From: Hyphomicrobiales bacterium
GTDB lineage: Bacteria; Pseudomonadota; Alphaproteobacteria; Rhizobiales; TMED25
NCBI GenBank assembly: GCA_016780665.1
Contig: JADHLM010000001.1
Coordinates: 1-50,664 of the forward strand
Direction of reading: 5' to 3'
Length of the DNA: 50,664 nt
Of the stretch, positions 20,167 through 31,015 are shown in pieces (the first letter of the stretch is position 1; each line of letters starts with the position of its first letter). The position numbers and the translations under genes were made by a program. The notes under the pieces are model-generated. The model made no database searches, was not told the DNA's origin, and saw only the letters and a list, made by a program, of their open reading frames with translations.

Positions 20167-21063
20167 CTAAAAATCTCTTGTATTCATCCATGCATCAGCT
20201 GACTTTTTAGCTAACGACCTTACTCTTAGGATGTATGACTGTCTTTCTGTTACAGATATCGCACCACGTGCATCTAATAAATTGAACAAATGTGATGCTT
20301 TGATACATTGATCGTATGCAGGTAAAGCAAGGTTTAGATCGGCAAGTCTTTTACACTCTTTTTCAATTTTATCAAATTGATCTACAATAAGCTCTATGTC
20401 TGCATGATTAAAGTTATAATCAGAATACTCACGCTCTGCTTCTTTGAACACATCTCCATAGGTTATTTTTTTTTCATTTTGTAGACCGTTATAATTCAAG
20501 TCATATACATTATCTACACCTTGAACATACATAGCCAATCTTTCTAACCCATATGTTAGTTCACCTGTTACTGGCTTACAATCATACCCACATACTTGTT
20601 GAAAATATGTAAATTGTGATACTTCCATCCCATCACACCAAACTTCCCATCCAAGCCCCCAAGCACCAAGAGTTGGACTTTCCCAGTCGTCCTCTACAAA
20701 TCTTATATCATGTTTGGATTTATCAATTCCGATATATTCAAGGCTATCAAGATAAAGATCCTGAATGTTATTTGGGGATGGTTTTAAAACTACTTGAAAT
20801 TGGTAATAATGTTGCAATCTGTTTGGGTTTTCTCCAAACCTTCCATCGGTTGGCCTTCTTGATGGTTGAACATATGCGGCATTCCACTTTTGACTTCCAA
20901 GTGCTCTCAATATTGTGGCAGGATGAAAAGTTCCAGCGCCTACCTCCATATCATACGGCTGAAGAATAACACATTCATTTTGAGCCCAAAAATCCTGAAG
21001 CATTAGAATTAAATCCTGGAATGAATTACTAGGATCTTTCAATGTATTATTTTTATTAGCCAT
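20167..21063 (-). CDS. glyQ: Glycine--tRNA ligase alpha subunit
   Basis: 298 aa. [52 protein letters not shown] and LGWEVW are highly conserved GlyQ sequence. Confidence 0.97.
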   Translation of the reverse strand: MANKNNTLKDPSNSFQDLILMLQDFWAQNECVILQPYDMEVGAGTFHPATILRALGSQKWNAAYVQPSRRPTDGRFGENPNRLQHYYQFQVVLKPSPNNIQDLYLDSLEYIGIDKSKHDIRFVEDDWESPTLGAWGLGWEVWCDGMEVSQFTYFQQVCGYDCKPVTGELTYGLERLAMYVQGVDNVYDLNYNGLQNEKKITYGDVFKEAEREYSDYNFNHADIELIVDQFDKIEKECKRLADLNLALPAYDQCIKASHLFNLLDARGAISVTERQSYILRVRSLAKKSADAWMNTRDF

Positions 21064-21165
21064 AACTCTAGCTATCTGAAATTAATGATAAGATTTATTA
21101 TCTATATAGGATAAATATTTATTATACAATTTTTTTTAAATTTTACTTCTAGAGATGAGCATAAT

Positions 21166-21942
21166 TCAACTTTTTAATGTCAATCTGGAATTTCCCCTCA
21201 GAATTTTCTCAACAGTATCCGTGTAATGACCATTTTCGTCATGCATAATCAATGGATATAATAATCGTGCTTTTGATTTTGAACCCTTTTTTAACTGAAC
21301 AATAACCCTATCTGCATCTTTTCCCCCTTTAGAAGTTAGCGGTAAGATATTGATGCTGCCGTGATTACCAAGTGAATTAATCATACTCAACAAGTTTTCA
21401 ACCTTATTTATAATTGTAAGTGTCCCATTGTGTTTCAATAAATTATTGGCAGCATCAATCCATCTAGGTAAATCATTGACTGAAAAAGTTTTAGCAATTT
21501 TATTATGGTGAGATGTTGGAATAATATTCTTTTGACTATCAAAATATGGAGGATTCATAAATATATGATCAAATAAAATATACATTTTTGAACTAATTAA
21601 ATGTGACCTTATCTTCGTGTCTAAAATATCTAAATTTTTTATTGTTATTTGAGTATTCATGTCATTTAATTGAACATTTCTTTGCGCAAGCGAGACATTT
21701 GTATTATCATTATCAATAGCAACAATTTCAATATCTTTCACAAAATGAGCAAGAGCTATAGATGCGGTAGCATTGCCAGTTCCAATTTCTAATACAAAAT
21801 CTCCAAACTTAGCAGGAACAGCTGCGGATAGAAGTATTGTATCTGATCCTGAGCGCCCGCCATCTTTAAGTTGTTCTATTGTAATTTTTCCATCAAGAAA
21901 TTTATCCAAGGTAGTGGCGTGAATGTTTATAGTTTTATTCAT
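21166..21942 (-). CDS. SAM-dependent N6-adenine methyltransferase, TrmN6/YfiC-like (tRNA m6A37 family)
   Basis: 258 aa with the SAM motif LEIGTGNATASIALA and the catalytic FMNPPYF (NPPY) motif. The substrate is inferred from family resemblance only. Confidence 0.65.
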   Translation of the reverse strand: MNKTINIHATTLDKFLDGKITIEQLKDGGRSGSDTILLSAAVPAKFGDFVLEIGTGNATASIALAHFVKDIEIVAIDNDNTNVSLAQRNVQLNDMNTQITIKNLDILDTKIRSHLISSKMYILFDHIFMNPPYFDSQKNIIPTSHHNKIAKTFSVNDLPRWIDAANNLLKHNGTLTIINKVENLLSMINSLGNHGSINILPLTSKGGKDADRVIVQLKKGSKSKARLLYPLIMHDENGHYTDTVEKILRGNSRLTLKS

Positions 21943-22005
21943 TTTCTAAAAATTAAATTTGTTTATTAATATCAAAAAACAAATTATACCTTATGTAAAT
22001 AAAAA

Positions 22006-23007
22006 TTGAGATATTTGATGAATAAGAACGACATTGGGATAAAACAACTAATTTCATTAACTGAAGCAGATATGGCAAAGGTCAATAGCCTCATAATACA
22101 AAAAACTATGTCAAACACAGAGATGATCCCAAAAATCTCACAGTATCTTATTTCTTCAGGTGGGAAAAGATTAAGACCAATGCTTACAATTGCTTCAAGC
22201 AGACTTTGCAATTGTGATAATGAGCACTACATCACCCTAGCCGCAAGTGTTGAGTTCATGCATACAGCAACTTTATTACATGACGACGTTGTAGACGATA
22301 GCCGCATGAGGAGAGGAAAAATATCAGCAAGAATGCTTTGGGGAAATGAAGCGAGTGTTCTGGTAGGAGATTACCTTCTTGGGGAAGCATTCAAAATGAT
22401 GGTTGACGCTCGTTCACTAGATGCTCTTGAGGTCTTATCTAATGCTGCTGCAATAATTGCAGAGGGAGAAGTTATGCAACTAGTTTATTCAAATCAATTG
22501 TTATTAAGTAAAGAACAATATTTTAAAATAATTGATCACAAAACCGCAAAATTATTTAGTGCTGCAGCTGAAATAGGTGCAATCATCTCAAACGCACCAA
22601 AAGAATATGCAGAACAACTAAGGAATTTTGGACAATTCTTAGGAATTGCTTTTCAGCTAACTGATGACGCACTTGATTATAGTCTAGATAGTAGTGATAT
22701 TGGTAAAGACCTAGGTGATGATTTTTATGAAGGCAAAATAACGTATCCTATCATTATTGCGATTGAGAAGGCTGAAGCAGAGGAAAGAACAAAGTGGGAA
22801 AAATTGATGCAAAAAAAACAGCGTGATGAAAATGATTTCCAATTTGCTAGGGATATGCTAGTGACCTCTGGGGCAATTAAAGAGACTTTGATTGAAGCTG
22901 AAAAGTATGCACATAAAGCTATTAAATGCCTTGATTGCTTTCATGATAACGAGATCAAAAAGGCAATGATTGATGGTGCCCATTTCTCCTATAATAGAGA
23001 TATTTAA
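22006..23007 (+). CDS. ispB: Polyprenyl (octaprenyl-type) diphosphate synthase
   Basis: 333 aa with the first Asp-rich motif LLHDDVVDD and the second, FQLTDDALDY. The likely true start is ATG 22018; the ORF track starts at TTG 22006. Confidence 0.9.
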   Translation: MRYLMNKNDIGIKQLISLTEADMAKVNSLIIQKTMSNTEMIPKISQYLISSGGKRLRPMLTIASSRLCNCDNEHYITLAASVEFMHTATLLHDDVVDDSRMRRGKISARMLWGNEASVLVGDYLLGEAFKMMVDARSLDALEVLSNAAAIIAEGEVMQLVYSNQLLLSKEQYFKIIDHKTAKLFSAAAEIGAIISNAPKEYAEQLRNFGQFLGIAFQLTDDALDYSLDSSDIGKDLGDDFYEGKITYPIIIAIEKAEAEERTKWEKLMQKKQRDENDFQFARDMLVTSGAIKETLIEAEKYAHKAIKCLDCFHDNEIKKAMIDGAHFSYNRDI

Positions 23008-23855
23008 TTTTCAATCCTAACAGATTTTATCCAAAAATTTGGATAGATAGTTCTTATATACTTCTCACTATCAACAGCATCTTCATATTTTTTATATAAC
23101 CCGAAACATGTTGAACCACTCCCCGTCATTCTTGAAATAATACACCCCCTACTATCTTTAATTTTGTCTAACACATCATTAATTATGGGATATTTTTTTA
23201 CAACAAGATCTTGAAGATCATTTTTTGAATACTTTAAATTTTCAATACTCAAATCACCCTTCAGAATTGCAGTTTTTTCATCTATTTTTTTAATAATGAA
23301 ATTTTCAAATACCCACTTCGTAGACACTGAAATATTTGGGTACACAATCAATGCATATAATGGAGAATAAACGCTCACTCTATCGATATGCTCGCCTAAA
23401 CCTGAAACTCTTGCAGAATAATTTGTATAACATACTGGAATATCTGCGCCCACTGTTTTGGCGATTGAGTCTAGATTAATATCATTAGGATTAATATTAT
23501 TGTCCTCAATTAAAAACCTCATAAATGATGCAGCATCAGCTGAACCTCCCCCAAGACCAGCGGATATGGGTATTTTTTTCTCAACATGGATTGAATACTT
23601 ATGTAGGTTAGGGTAATTTGCTAAAAAATATTCATAGGTTTTAATTATGGTATTATTTGTTTCTGATATATTTTCTTCAAAGGGACTATCAAAATTTACA
23701 GATAGTTTTGATGATCTTTTGACTTTAATTGTATCACTTAAGTTTAGAAAAACTATGACACTCTCAATATTATGATACCCATCATCTCTTTTATTTAACA
23801 CTTTCAAATCTAAGTTAATTTTAGCAAAAGCGGATAAAAAAGAAGTTGATTTCAT
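23004..23855 (-). CDS. ispE: 4-diphosphocytidyl-2-C-methyl-D-erythritol kinase
   Basis: 283 aa with AKINLDLKV and the GHMP-kinase motif PISAGLGGGSADAA. Its 3' end overlaps the convergent ispB by 4 nt. Confidence 0.9.
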   Translation of the reverse strand: MKSTSFLSAFAKINLDLKVLNKRDDGYHNIESVIVFLNLSDTIKVKRSSKLSVNFDSPFEENISETNNTIIKTYEYFLANYPNLHKYSIHVEKKIPISAGLGGGSADAASFMRFLIEDNNINPNDINLDSIAKTVGADIPVCYTNYSARVSGLGEHIDRVSVYSPLYALIVYPNISVSTKWVFENFIIKKIDEKTAILKGDLSIENLKYSKNDLQDLVVKKYPIINDVLDKIKDSRGCIISRMTGSGSTCFGLYKKYEDAVDSEKYIRTIYPNFWIKSVRIEN

Positions 23856-23870
23856 ACAAATAAAATTAGC

Positions 23871-25535
23871 CTACATATTGGAATAATTTGGTCCTCCGCC
23901 ACCTTCTGGGACCTGCCAATTTATGTTTTGATTTGGGTCTTTAATGTCGCAAGTCTTACAATGCACACAATTTTGTGCATTAATTTGGAGTCTTGTTTCA
24001 TTGTCATTTTTTATCCATTCATAAACTCCAGCAGGACAGTAATTTGCTGATGGTCCACCATATTCTGAATATTCACTATTTAATTGAAGAGTTGAGTCCA
24101 TAACATTTAAATGTATTGGTTGATCCTCTTCGTGATTTGTTGAAGATAAGTAGACAGAAGAAAGCCTATCAAATGTATACACTCCATCTGGTTTTGGATA
24201 TTCAATTACTTTAGCATTATCAATATGTATTGTAGATTCATGATCTGGTTTTTTATGGGATAATGTAATTGGAATGTTAATACCAACATCACGTAACCAC
24301 ATATCTAAACCACCAAGACCTATACCTATAAAGGTTCCAAAACGTGACCATAGAGGCTTAACATTTTTAACTTTAGACAACTCTTTAGCAATTGAACTTT
24401 TATCATAACTTTCTTGATATTCAACTAGCTCTTCATCTGTCTGACCACTTACAAACTTCTTAATCATCTCATCAGCAGCTAATATACCGCTCATGATAGC
24501 GTTGTGCGAGCCTTTAATCCGAGGAACATTTACAAATCCAGCAGCACAGCCAACAAGTAGCCCCCCAGGGAATGTTAATCTTGGTACAGATTGGTATCCA
24601 CCTTCATTTATAACCCTTGCACCATATGAAATCCTCTTTCCACCTTCCAAAAACTCCTTAATAGACGGGTGTGTTTTAAATCTCTGCATTTCTTCGAAAG
24701 GTGAAAGGTTTGGATTTGAATAGTTCAAATGCACAACAAAACCAATAGATACCAGATTTTTATCAAAATGATACATAAATGAGCCACCACCTGTTTTACT
24801 ATCTAATGGCCAACCCATAGTATGCTGAACTAACCCTGGTTTATGTTTATCCGTTGGCACTTCCCATAATTCTTTTATTCCAATGCCGTATTTTTGAAAA
24901 TCTGAGTCTTTATCTAAATTATATTTTTTAATTATCTGCTTCGTTAGATGACCGCGAGCACCTTCTGCAAGAATTGTATATTTTGCTCTGATTTCCATTC
25001 CTGGCATATAGGTATCTTTTTTGTTTCCATCTTTTGATATTCCAAAATCACCGGTAACGACACCTCTTACTATATCGTTCTCATATATTATCTCAGATGC
25101 TGGAAATCCTGGATATATCTCAATTCCCATCGACTGTGCAATGTTGCTAAGCCATTTGACAACATTTGATAAACTTGTGGCATAGCACTTGTGATTTGAC
25201 ATCAATCGAGGCAGAAGAAAATTTGGAATCCTAAGTCTCCCCGCCGGTCCCAAAATATAGAATCTATCATCAACGACTTCATCCATCACTGGAGGTTCCA
25301 TATCTCTCCAATTAGGTAATAAATTATCAAGTCCAATTGGATCGATAACTGCACCAGACAAAATATGTGCTCCGACTTCTGATCCTTTTTCTAGTATCAC
25401 AATATTAATATCTTTATCTTGCTTTTGTGCTTCGCTTTTAAGCCTTATTGCTGTTGCCAGCCCAGCCGGTCCAGCGCCAATAATCACAACATCTACTTCA
25501 ATGGAATCTCTTGATTGCTCTTCACTCATTATCAC
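23871..25535 (-). CDS. Electron-transfer flavoprotein:ubiquinone oxidoreductase
   Basis: 554 aa with VVIIGAGPAGL FAD binding and the C-terminal 4Fe-4S region CPAGVYEW...NCVHCKTCDIKDP...W..PEGGGGP. Confidence 0.95.
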   Translation of the reverse strand: MIMSEEQSRDSIEVDVVIIGAGPAGLATAIRLKSEAQKQDKDINIVILEKGSEVGAHILSGAVIDPIGLDNLLPNWRDMEPPVMDEVVDDRFYILGPAGRLRIPNFLLPRLMSNHKCYATSLSNVVKWLSNIAQSMGIEIYPGFPASEIIYENDIVRGVVTGDFGISKDGNKKDTYMPGMEIRAKYTILAEGARGHLTKQIIKKYNLDKDSDFQKYGIGIKELWEVPTDKHKPGLVQHTMGWPLDSKTGGGSFMYHFDKNLVSIGFVVHLNYSNPNLSPFEEMQRFKTHPSIKEFLEGGKRISYGARVINEGGYQSVPRLTFPGGLLVGCAAGFVNVPRIKGSHNAIMSGILAADEMIKKFVSGQTDEELVEYQESYDKSSIAKELSKVKNVKPLWSRFGTFIGIGLGGLDMWLRDVGINIPITLSHKKPDHESTIHIDNAKVIEYPKPDGVYTFDRLSSVYLSSTNHEEDQPIHLNVMDSTLQLNSEYSEYGGPSANYCPAGVYEWIKNDNETRLQINAQNCVHCKTCDIKDPNQNINWQVPEGGGGPNYSNM

Positions 25536-25650
25536 CTTTTTGATCTTTTTATTAATTAACTTCCAATTTTAACAATTATAATTTTTTTTATATTAATTAC
25601 ATTAATAATAGTTACAATTAATAGAATAAATATAAAAAAATAAACTAATA

Positions 25651-26361
25651 ATGAGAGATCTACAGAAAATTTTGTTACTTGATTGGTACCAACAGGAAAA
25701 TATTACTCTTTCATTCAAAAGAGAATCAACTGATAAAAAAAAACAAAATAAAGTAATACCCTATTCACAAGAAATAGAAGATCTAACATCTATCTCTAAT
25801 ATTATACAATATATATATAAAAAACCTTTAACAGACTTAAAAAAATATTCAAAACATTCTTTAATCCATGAAGGCAATGGCAACCCAGATTTCTTAGTTG
25901 TGAATGATTTCACAAATTCTACGGAACAAAACTCAAACACAAATATTCTTTGCTCAGATGAAAGAGAATTATTGGAAAAAATGCTAAGTGCTATTGATAT
26001 AAATTTGAATAATAATTCAATAATTAATGTTTTTTTTTGGCGTACACCAGGGAATAGAAATCCGACTAAAGATGAGATCGAGGATTGCATGCCAGCAGTA
26101 AAAAAATTAATAAAAGTCCTCGCTCCCAAATATATCATCACTTTGGGTGATCTTGCGCTAATGTCAATTATGGAAAGAAATTGTAATCTTATGGACTCAC
26201 GCGGGAAAAAACTTAATTGTGAATATTCTTCTACACCAATATTTGCTATTTTTCATCCAAGATTATTAATTAAACAACCATCACTGAAAAGACTTGCTTG
26301 GGAAGATTTAAAATTTATAAAAGAAAATATCAAAAAAGAAATGGAACCTACTCATGAGTGA
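25651..26361 (+). CDS. Uracil-DNA glycosylase superfamily protein (family-4-like, divergent active site)
   Basis: 236 aa. The C-terminal two-thirds match the alphaproteobacterial family-4 UDG pattern (WRTPGNRNPT, LG, RGK, FHPRLLIKQPSLKRLAWEDL). Motif A is not conserved; see findings. Confidence 0.65.
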   Translation: MRDLQKILLLDWYQQENITLSFKRESTDKKKQNKVIPYSQEIEDLTSISNIIQYIYKKPLTDLKKYSKHSLIHEGNGNPDFLVVNDFTNSTEQNSNTNILCSDERELLEKMLSAIDINLNNNSIINVFFWRTPGNRNPTKDEIEDCMPAVKKLIKVLAPKYIITLGDLALMSIMERNCNLMDSRGKKLNCEYSSTPIFAIFHPRLLIKQPSLKRLAWEDLKFIKENIKKEMEPTHE

Positions 26362-26878
26362 AGCGAAAGATAAATTTATAAGTTTAAAAATAGGTATAAT
26401 AACCGTCTCTGATACTAGAAATGTTGACAATGACACTTCAGGTGCATATCTATCTGACGCAATTAAGAAAAGTGGACATGAAATATCTAAGAGAGTAATC
26501 GTAAAAGATAGTATTGAACAAATACGTAATATTCTTCATGAATGGACATCCAAAAATGCAGTAGATGTGATAATCACTACTGGTGGAACTGGACTGACTG
26601 GAAGGGATAAAACTCCAGAAGCCATAGAACCACTTTTAGAAAAAAAGATTGATGGTTTTGCAGCTCTCTTTCATCAAATTAGTTCAACCAAAATTGGAAC
26701 TTCAACAATACAATCAAGAGCATTCGGTGGGATATATAAAAATATATATATATTCTCTTTACCTGGATCAACAAATGCATGCAAAGATGCATGGGATGGA
26801 ATTTTAAAACATCAATTAAATATTAATCATAAACCATGCAATCTTGTTGAGATCATCCCGAGGCTCTCCGAAAAATAA
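26354..26878 (+). CDS. moaB: MoaB/MogA-family molybdenum cofactor biosynthesis protein
   Basis: 174 aa with ITVSDT, TTGGTGLTGRDKTPEA and LPGSTNACKDAW motifs. It overlaps the upstream gene by 8 nt. Confidence 0.8.
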   Translation: MSEAKDKFISLKIGIITVSDTRNVDNDTSGAYLSDAIKKSGHEISKRVIVKDSIEQIRNILHEWTSKNAVDVIITTGGTGLTGRDKTPEAIEPLLEKKIDGFAALFHQISSTKIGTSTIQSRAFGGIYKNIYIFSLPGSTNACKDAWDGILKHQLNINHKPCNLVEIIPRLSEK

Positions 26879-26886
26879 TAATCCAG

Positions 26887-27507
26887 ATGACAACCGAATT
26901 AAAGCCCTCATTAGACTTTGAAAATTATTATAAAAGTCGTGGTTATGAAATTATTGCAGGGTTGGATGAAGCAGGAAGAGGTCCAATTGCTGGTCCAGTT
27001 GTAGCGGCAGCTGTAATTCTTGAGCAGGAAAATATCCCATCCGGTATAGATGACTCAAAAAAACTATCAAATACTCAAATAAAAAAGTTATACTTTGAAA
27101 TAATTAAGTCATCAAACGTTGGTATCGGAATAGCAGATGTTGAGTGTATTGATAGCATAAACATTTTGAATGCAACAAAATATGCAATGAATTTAGCTGG
27201 ATCGATGTTAAGTAAGAAACCTAATGTGCTGCTTATTGATGGTAATTTTACAATAAATAACCAAATAAAGAACGTTCCTATAATAGGAGGAGATAGAAAA
27301 TCTCTATCAATTGCGGCCGCATCAATTATAGCAAAATATATCAGAGATGAGATTATGAAAAAATTTGAATTTATTTATCCGAGTTTTTCATTTTCAAAAC
27401 ACAAAGGCTATCCAACATCCTTACACATCAGTGAAATTGAAAAATTTGGAATAATTGAACTACACAGAAAGACTTTTAAACCAATAAACAAAGATAAAAA
27501 AAAGTAA
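26887..27507 (+). CDS. rnhB: Ribonuclease HII
   Basis: 206 aa with [36 protein letters not shown] and HKGY. Confidence 0.95.
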   Translation: MTTELKPSLDFENYYKSRGYEIIAGLDEAGRGPIAGPVVAAAVILEQENIPSGIDDSKKLSNTQIKKLYFEIIKSSNVGIGIADVECIDSINILNATKYAMNLAGSMLSKKPNVLLIDGNFTINNQIKNVPIIGGDRKSLSIAAASIIAKYIRDEIMKKFEFIYPSFSFSKHKGYPTSLHISEIEKFGIIELHRKTFKPINKDKKK

Positions 27508-27568
27508 TAATTTAGAAAATAATAACTTTTTGTTGTCAAAATATAAAAAAATAATTTTTAGCAACAAA

Positions 27569-28681
27569 ATGTTAAAGAAAATATCAAACGAGATACCAAA
27601 AAAACTAATCAATAAGATCCTTCATGGTGACAGTTATGCAACCCTGCAGAAGTTACCAGATGACTCCATTGATTTAATATTTGCGGATCCACCCTATAAT
27701 TTACAATTAAATGATACTCTCTACAGACCCGATTATAGTGAGGTTGATGCAGTTACTGAAGACTGGGATAAGTTTACTGATTTTAAATCTTATGATGAAT
27801 TTACCAAAAGATGGCTTTATGAATGTAAGAGAGTATTAAAACCATCTGGTTCAATATGGGTTATTGGTAGCTATCATAACATCTTTCGCATTGGCTACAT
27901 GATGCAAAATTTTGGGTTTTGGACGCTAAATGATATCATTTGGTCAAAAACTAATCCAATGCCACATTTCCGCGGCAGAAGATTTACAAACGCACATGAG
28001 ACGATTATATGGGCAGCAAAAGATAAGAATTCTAGATATAGATTTAATTATGACTCTCTAAAATCATTGAATGATAATACACAAATGAGATCTGATTGGA
28101 CCATTCCAATATGTAATGGTAAAGAGAGATTGAGAGATCATGATGGAAATAAAATACATCCTACACAGAAGCCTGAGGCATTATTGTATAGAGTCATACT
28201 CTCATCTTCAGATCCAAATGCAATAGTACTTGACCCCTTCCTAGGTAGTGGAACAACTGCAGTTGTAGCTAAAAAACTCGGTAGAAGATGGATAGGAATT
28301 GAAAATAATGCGGAGTACATCATAGCTGCCAATGAAAGAATTAAAAATACATCTACACCTAGCCCTGAAGCAATAGATATAAAAGCTACAAAAAGAGACC
28401 AAGTAAGAGTGCCTTTTGGTGTATTAGTTGAAAGAGGATATATTGAAATTGGAGAAAAACTATATTGTTCTAAGAAAAAAAATATAGCAATTGTTAAAGC
28501 AGATGGGTCTCTGCAATCGAATGAGGTTGTTGGTTCCATTCATAAAATTGGGGCTCATTATCAGGGCACTGAAAGCTGTAATGGATGGACCTATTGGCAT
28601 TATCTCAGAAATAATAACTTATTCCCCTTAGACAACCTCAGAGAGGAAATTAAATCTAATTTAGACCACAAAATAAATTAG
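27569..28681 (+). CDS. ccrM: CcrM-type site-specific DNA adenine methyltransferase (beta class N6-MTase)
   Basis: It has the DPPY catalytic motif (IFADPPYNL), then [10 protein letters not shown] and the SAM motif [14 protein letters not shown], plus the roughly 80-aa C-terminal extension typical of CcrM. The ORF track starts at TTG 27530; ATG 27569 ([10 protein letters not shown]) is more plausible. Confidence 0.92.
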   Translation: MLKKISNEIPKKLINKILHGDSYATLQKLPDDSIDLIFADPPYNLQLNDTLYRPDYSEVDAVTEDWDKFTDFKSYDEFTKRWLYECKRVLKPSGSIWVIGSYHNIFRIGYMMQNFGFWTLNDIIWSKTNPMPHFRGRRFTNAHETIIWAAKDKNSRYRFNYDSLKSLNDNTQMRSDWTIPICNGKERLRDHDGNKIHPTQKPEALLYRVILSSSDPNAIVLDPFLGSGTTAVVAKKLGRRWIGIENNAEYIIAANERIKNTSTPSPEAIDIKATKRDQVRVPFGVLVERGYIEIGEKLYCSKKKNIAIVKADGSLQSNEVVGSIHKIGAHYQGTESCNGWTYWHYLRNNNLFPLDNLREEIKSNLDHKIN

Positions 28682-29733
28682 TCTTTGATTAATTTTAGAA
28701 CCTTCCTCATCAAACTTGATAAGCCTAATTTACCTATATCCCTAAGAGCAACCCAATCTGAATTCTGGAATGTATAATTATCAAGTAGTTGATGATCGCT
28801 GAAAGGTATTTCAATAACTTTTAATTGCAGTTGAAAATGTGAAAACCTATGGTTAACAATACCAACCTGGGGTATGTCTCTCTTACTAAAGTTAGTAATT
28901 AACTTTTTATAGTTTCGATCATCAACCCAATCTGTTGTTGGAAATTGATAAGTTTTTGCAAGTATTCCTTTGTCTGGTCTTTTTGAGATTAAGTATTCAC
29001 CAACTCCATTTCTAATTAGAAATACGTTGCCATATCTTTTTGGTAATGATTTTAAATCTTTATTATTTCTAAAATCAAAATTTTTTTTTGACATTGCTTT
29101 GCAATGCTCTCTAATTGGACAAATATTACATGATGGATTATTGACACTACAAATAGAAGCACCCAAATCCATTAGTGCCTGACCAACATCTCTGGGTGAA
29201 GCACTTAATGTTAATTCTTCCACTAAATTTTCAACATTTTTTTTATTTATTCTTGGATTAGAATAATCCAATTGAAAAACTCTAGTGAGAACTCTTTGAA
29301 TATTTGTATCAACTGCTTTTGAGGGGAGATTGTAGGCAATTGATACAATGGATGAGGACATGTACACACCAATTCCTGGGAGTTTTTTTAGTTCCTGGAT
29401 ATTATCTGGTATCTTGTATGAGAAATCATTAGCAATTATTTGAGATGTTTTTAATAGATTAGTCGCTCTAGAGTAATACCCTAACCCTGACCATGATTGA
29501 ATAATTTCATTTTCTGAAGCATTTGATAAATCAAATAATGTAGGCCATCTACAAATAAATTTTTCAAAATATCTAATTACAGTAGATACAGTTGTTTGCT
29601 GAAGCATAAACTCACTTACTAGCACAAAATAAGGTGAGTTTTTGTCATTATAATCACTACGCCAAGGAAGATCCCTTTTATTAGACTTATACCATGAAAT
29701 TAATGGGTATGTAATATCGTTTGGTTTGTACAT
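28678..29733 (-). CDS. mutY: A/G-specific adenine DNA glycosylase
   Basis: 351 aa with [12 protein letters not shown], an HhH-GPD region ([12 protein letters not shown]), the Cys-x6-Cys-x2-Cys-x5-Cys cluster loop ([17 protein letters not shown]), and a C-terminal NUDIX-like domain. Confidence 0.93.
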   Translation of the reverse strand: MYKPNDITYPLISWYKSNKRDLPWRSDYNDKNSPYFVLVSEFMLQQTTVSTVIRYFEKFICRWPTLFDLSNASENEIIQSWSGLGYYSRATNLLKTSQIIANDFSYKIPDNIQELKKLPGIGVYMSSSIVSIAYNLPSKAVDTNIQRVLTRVFQLDYSNPRINKKNVENLVEELTLSASPRDVGQALMDLGASICSVNNPSCNICPIREHCKAMSKKNFDFRNNKDLKSLPKRYGNVFLIRNGVGEYLISKRPDKGILAKTYQFPTTDWVDDRNYKKLITNFSKRDIPQVGIVNHRFSHFQLQLKVIEIPFSDHQLLDNYTFQNSDWVALRDIGKLGLSSLMRKVLKLIKD

Positions 29734-29784
29734 TTTTTGAAATAAGAATATTATATTATATAGAATAGGTAAAAATGTTTTAAT

Positions 29785-30294
29785 ATGTCAACAAACCATA
29801 ATATTTACAATTTTAGAAATAATAACGTAAGACTTCATATAAGTAATTTTGTTCGTGATATTATAAGTCCATTTGAAAAAAAATATGGTAAAAAGACAAG
29901 TGAACTAAATGAATTATGGAGAATTGCCCTAGGTAATGAGTATAGTGACTTCGTAAAACCAAATAAAATTACAACAGAGTATAAATATGTGAATGATGAA
30001 AGAGTACTGGTAAGAAAACTCCACATAGATGTTGACAGTACGCGAGCTCTCGAAATTACGTATAGTGCAGATAATATTATTAATAGAATAAATGAATTAT
30101 ATGGCGTTGATTTTATCTCACAACTTATAATTAAGAGCAAAAACAAATCAAATAATACTAATCATGTAAATAAAATTAATAACCATTATAAGAAATCTCC
30201 CTCGGGTCAAATTAAAATAAATACTGAAGGAATCAAAGATGATAATTTAAAGAATGCTCTGGTGAAACTTGGGCGCAATATACAGGAGTCATAA
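29785..30294 (+). CDS. DUF721 (DciA-like) protein
   Basis: 169 aa with a DUF721-like core (LWRIALGNEYSDF...LHIDVDSTRALEITY...INRINELYG) and an N/K-rich tail. It is divergent from mutY and upstream of dsbA-smc, the usual alphaproteobacterial position. Confidence 0.65.
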   Translation: MSTNHNIYNFRNNNVRLHISNFVRDIISPFEKKYGKKTSELNELWRIALGNEYSDFVKPNKITTEYKYVNDERVLVRKLHIDVDSTRALEITYSADNIINRINELYGVDFISQLIIKSKNKSNNTNHVNKINNHYKKSPSGQIKINTEGIKDDNLKNALVKLGRNIQES

Positions 30295-30296
30295 AA

Positions 30297-31004
30297 ATGA
30301 AAAGAAATAATATATTAATCTCATCTGTTGCAATAGTTTGCTTATTATCCATTTTTTATTTCTCATTAAATTCACGTACAGAAACCACAGAAGAAGTAGT
30401 TTTGCAAAAAATGAATGACGTAAATGAAAAAGGATCTCAATTTTTTTTAGAAATGGAGTCTAATATAATTGATGTATCTCTTGAAGAACTAACTCTTGGA
30501 GACCCAAACGCACCTATTACAATTATTGAGTATTCGTCGATGACATGCTCTCATTGCGCTGATTTTCATAATATGACGTATCCAGATTTGAAACAAAATC
30601 ACATTGATACTGGTGAAGTTAGATTTATCTTTAGAGAATTTCCACTAGACAAACTTGCTATGGCTACTTCAATGCTCGCAAGATGTGTAGATAATGAGAT
30701 ATCCATGGCATTTATTGAGATATTATTTAAAAACCGTGACAGATGGATGTCAGAAAACGCCCTAGTTGAATTAAAAAATTTTTCAAAGCAAGCAGGACTA
30801 GATAGCAATGAATTTGATGCTTGTCTAAACGATCAAAAACTACTTGATGATTTAATTGCTGGAAAAGAAAAAGCTATAGAAGATTATAAAATAAATTCCA
30901 CTCCCTCTTTTATTATTAACGGTAAAGTGATTTCAGGCAACAAACCCTACTCATTTTTCAAATCCGAGATAGAAAAAATTTTAGCTGACTATAAGGGTGC
31001 ATAA
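30297..31004 (+). CDS. DsbA-family thiol:disulfide oxidoreductase
   Basis: 235 aa with an N-terminal membrane anchor or signal, a thioredoxin-fold CSHC active site preceded by ITIIEYSSMT, and STPSFIING near the C-terminus. Confidence 0.8.
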   Translation: MKRNNILISSVAIVCLLSIFYFSLNSRTETTEEVVLQKMNDVNEKGSQFFLEMESNIIDVSLEELTLGDPNAPITIIEYSSMTCSHCADFHNMTYPDLKQNHIDTGEVRFIFREFPLDKLAMATSMLARCVDNEISMAFIEILFKNRDRWMSENALVELKNFSKQAGLDSNEFDACLNDQKLLDDLIAGKEKAIEDYKINSTPSFIINGKVISGNKPYSFFKSEIEKILADYKGA

Positions 31005-31015
31005 AGCTCACAATT

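Noticed and set aside
21111-21122. Perfect 12-bp palindrome ATAAATATTTAT, and a general search for a structured leader (T-box or riboswitch) upstream of glyQ (21064-21165).
   Set aside because: The palindrome is pure A/T low-complexity sequence. The 102-nt spacer has no GC-containing helices or conserved T-box or riboswitch cores, and T-boxes are not expected in Alphaproteobacteria.
25761-26141. 126-aa ORF antisense to the UDG-like gene. Similar antisense ORFs lie at 28138-28539 (ccrM), 20616-20969 (glyQ), 5268-5576 (aroC) and 35195-35470 (atpB).
   Set aside because: Each is fully embedded antisense in a confidently identified gene, and none has recognisable domains. They are the expected by-product of stop-poor frames.
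27508-27568. CtrA box (TTAA-N7-TTAA) or GANTC methylation sites upstream of ccrM, as in Caulobacter.
   Set aside because: Neither motif is present in this short spacer when read directly, so no cell-cycle regulatory inference is justified.
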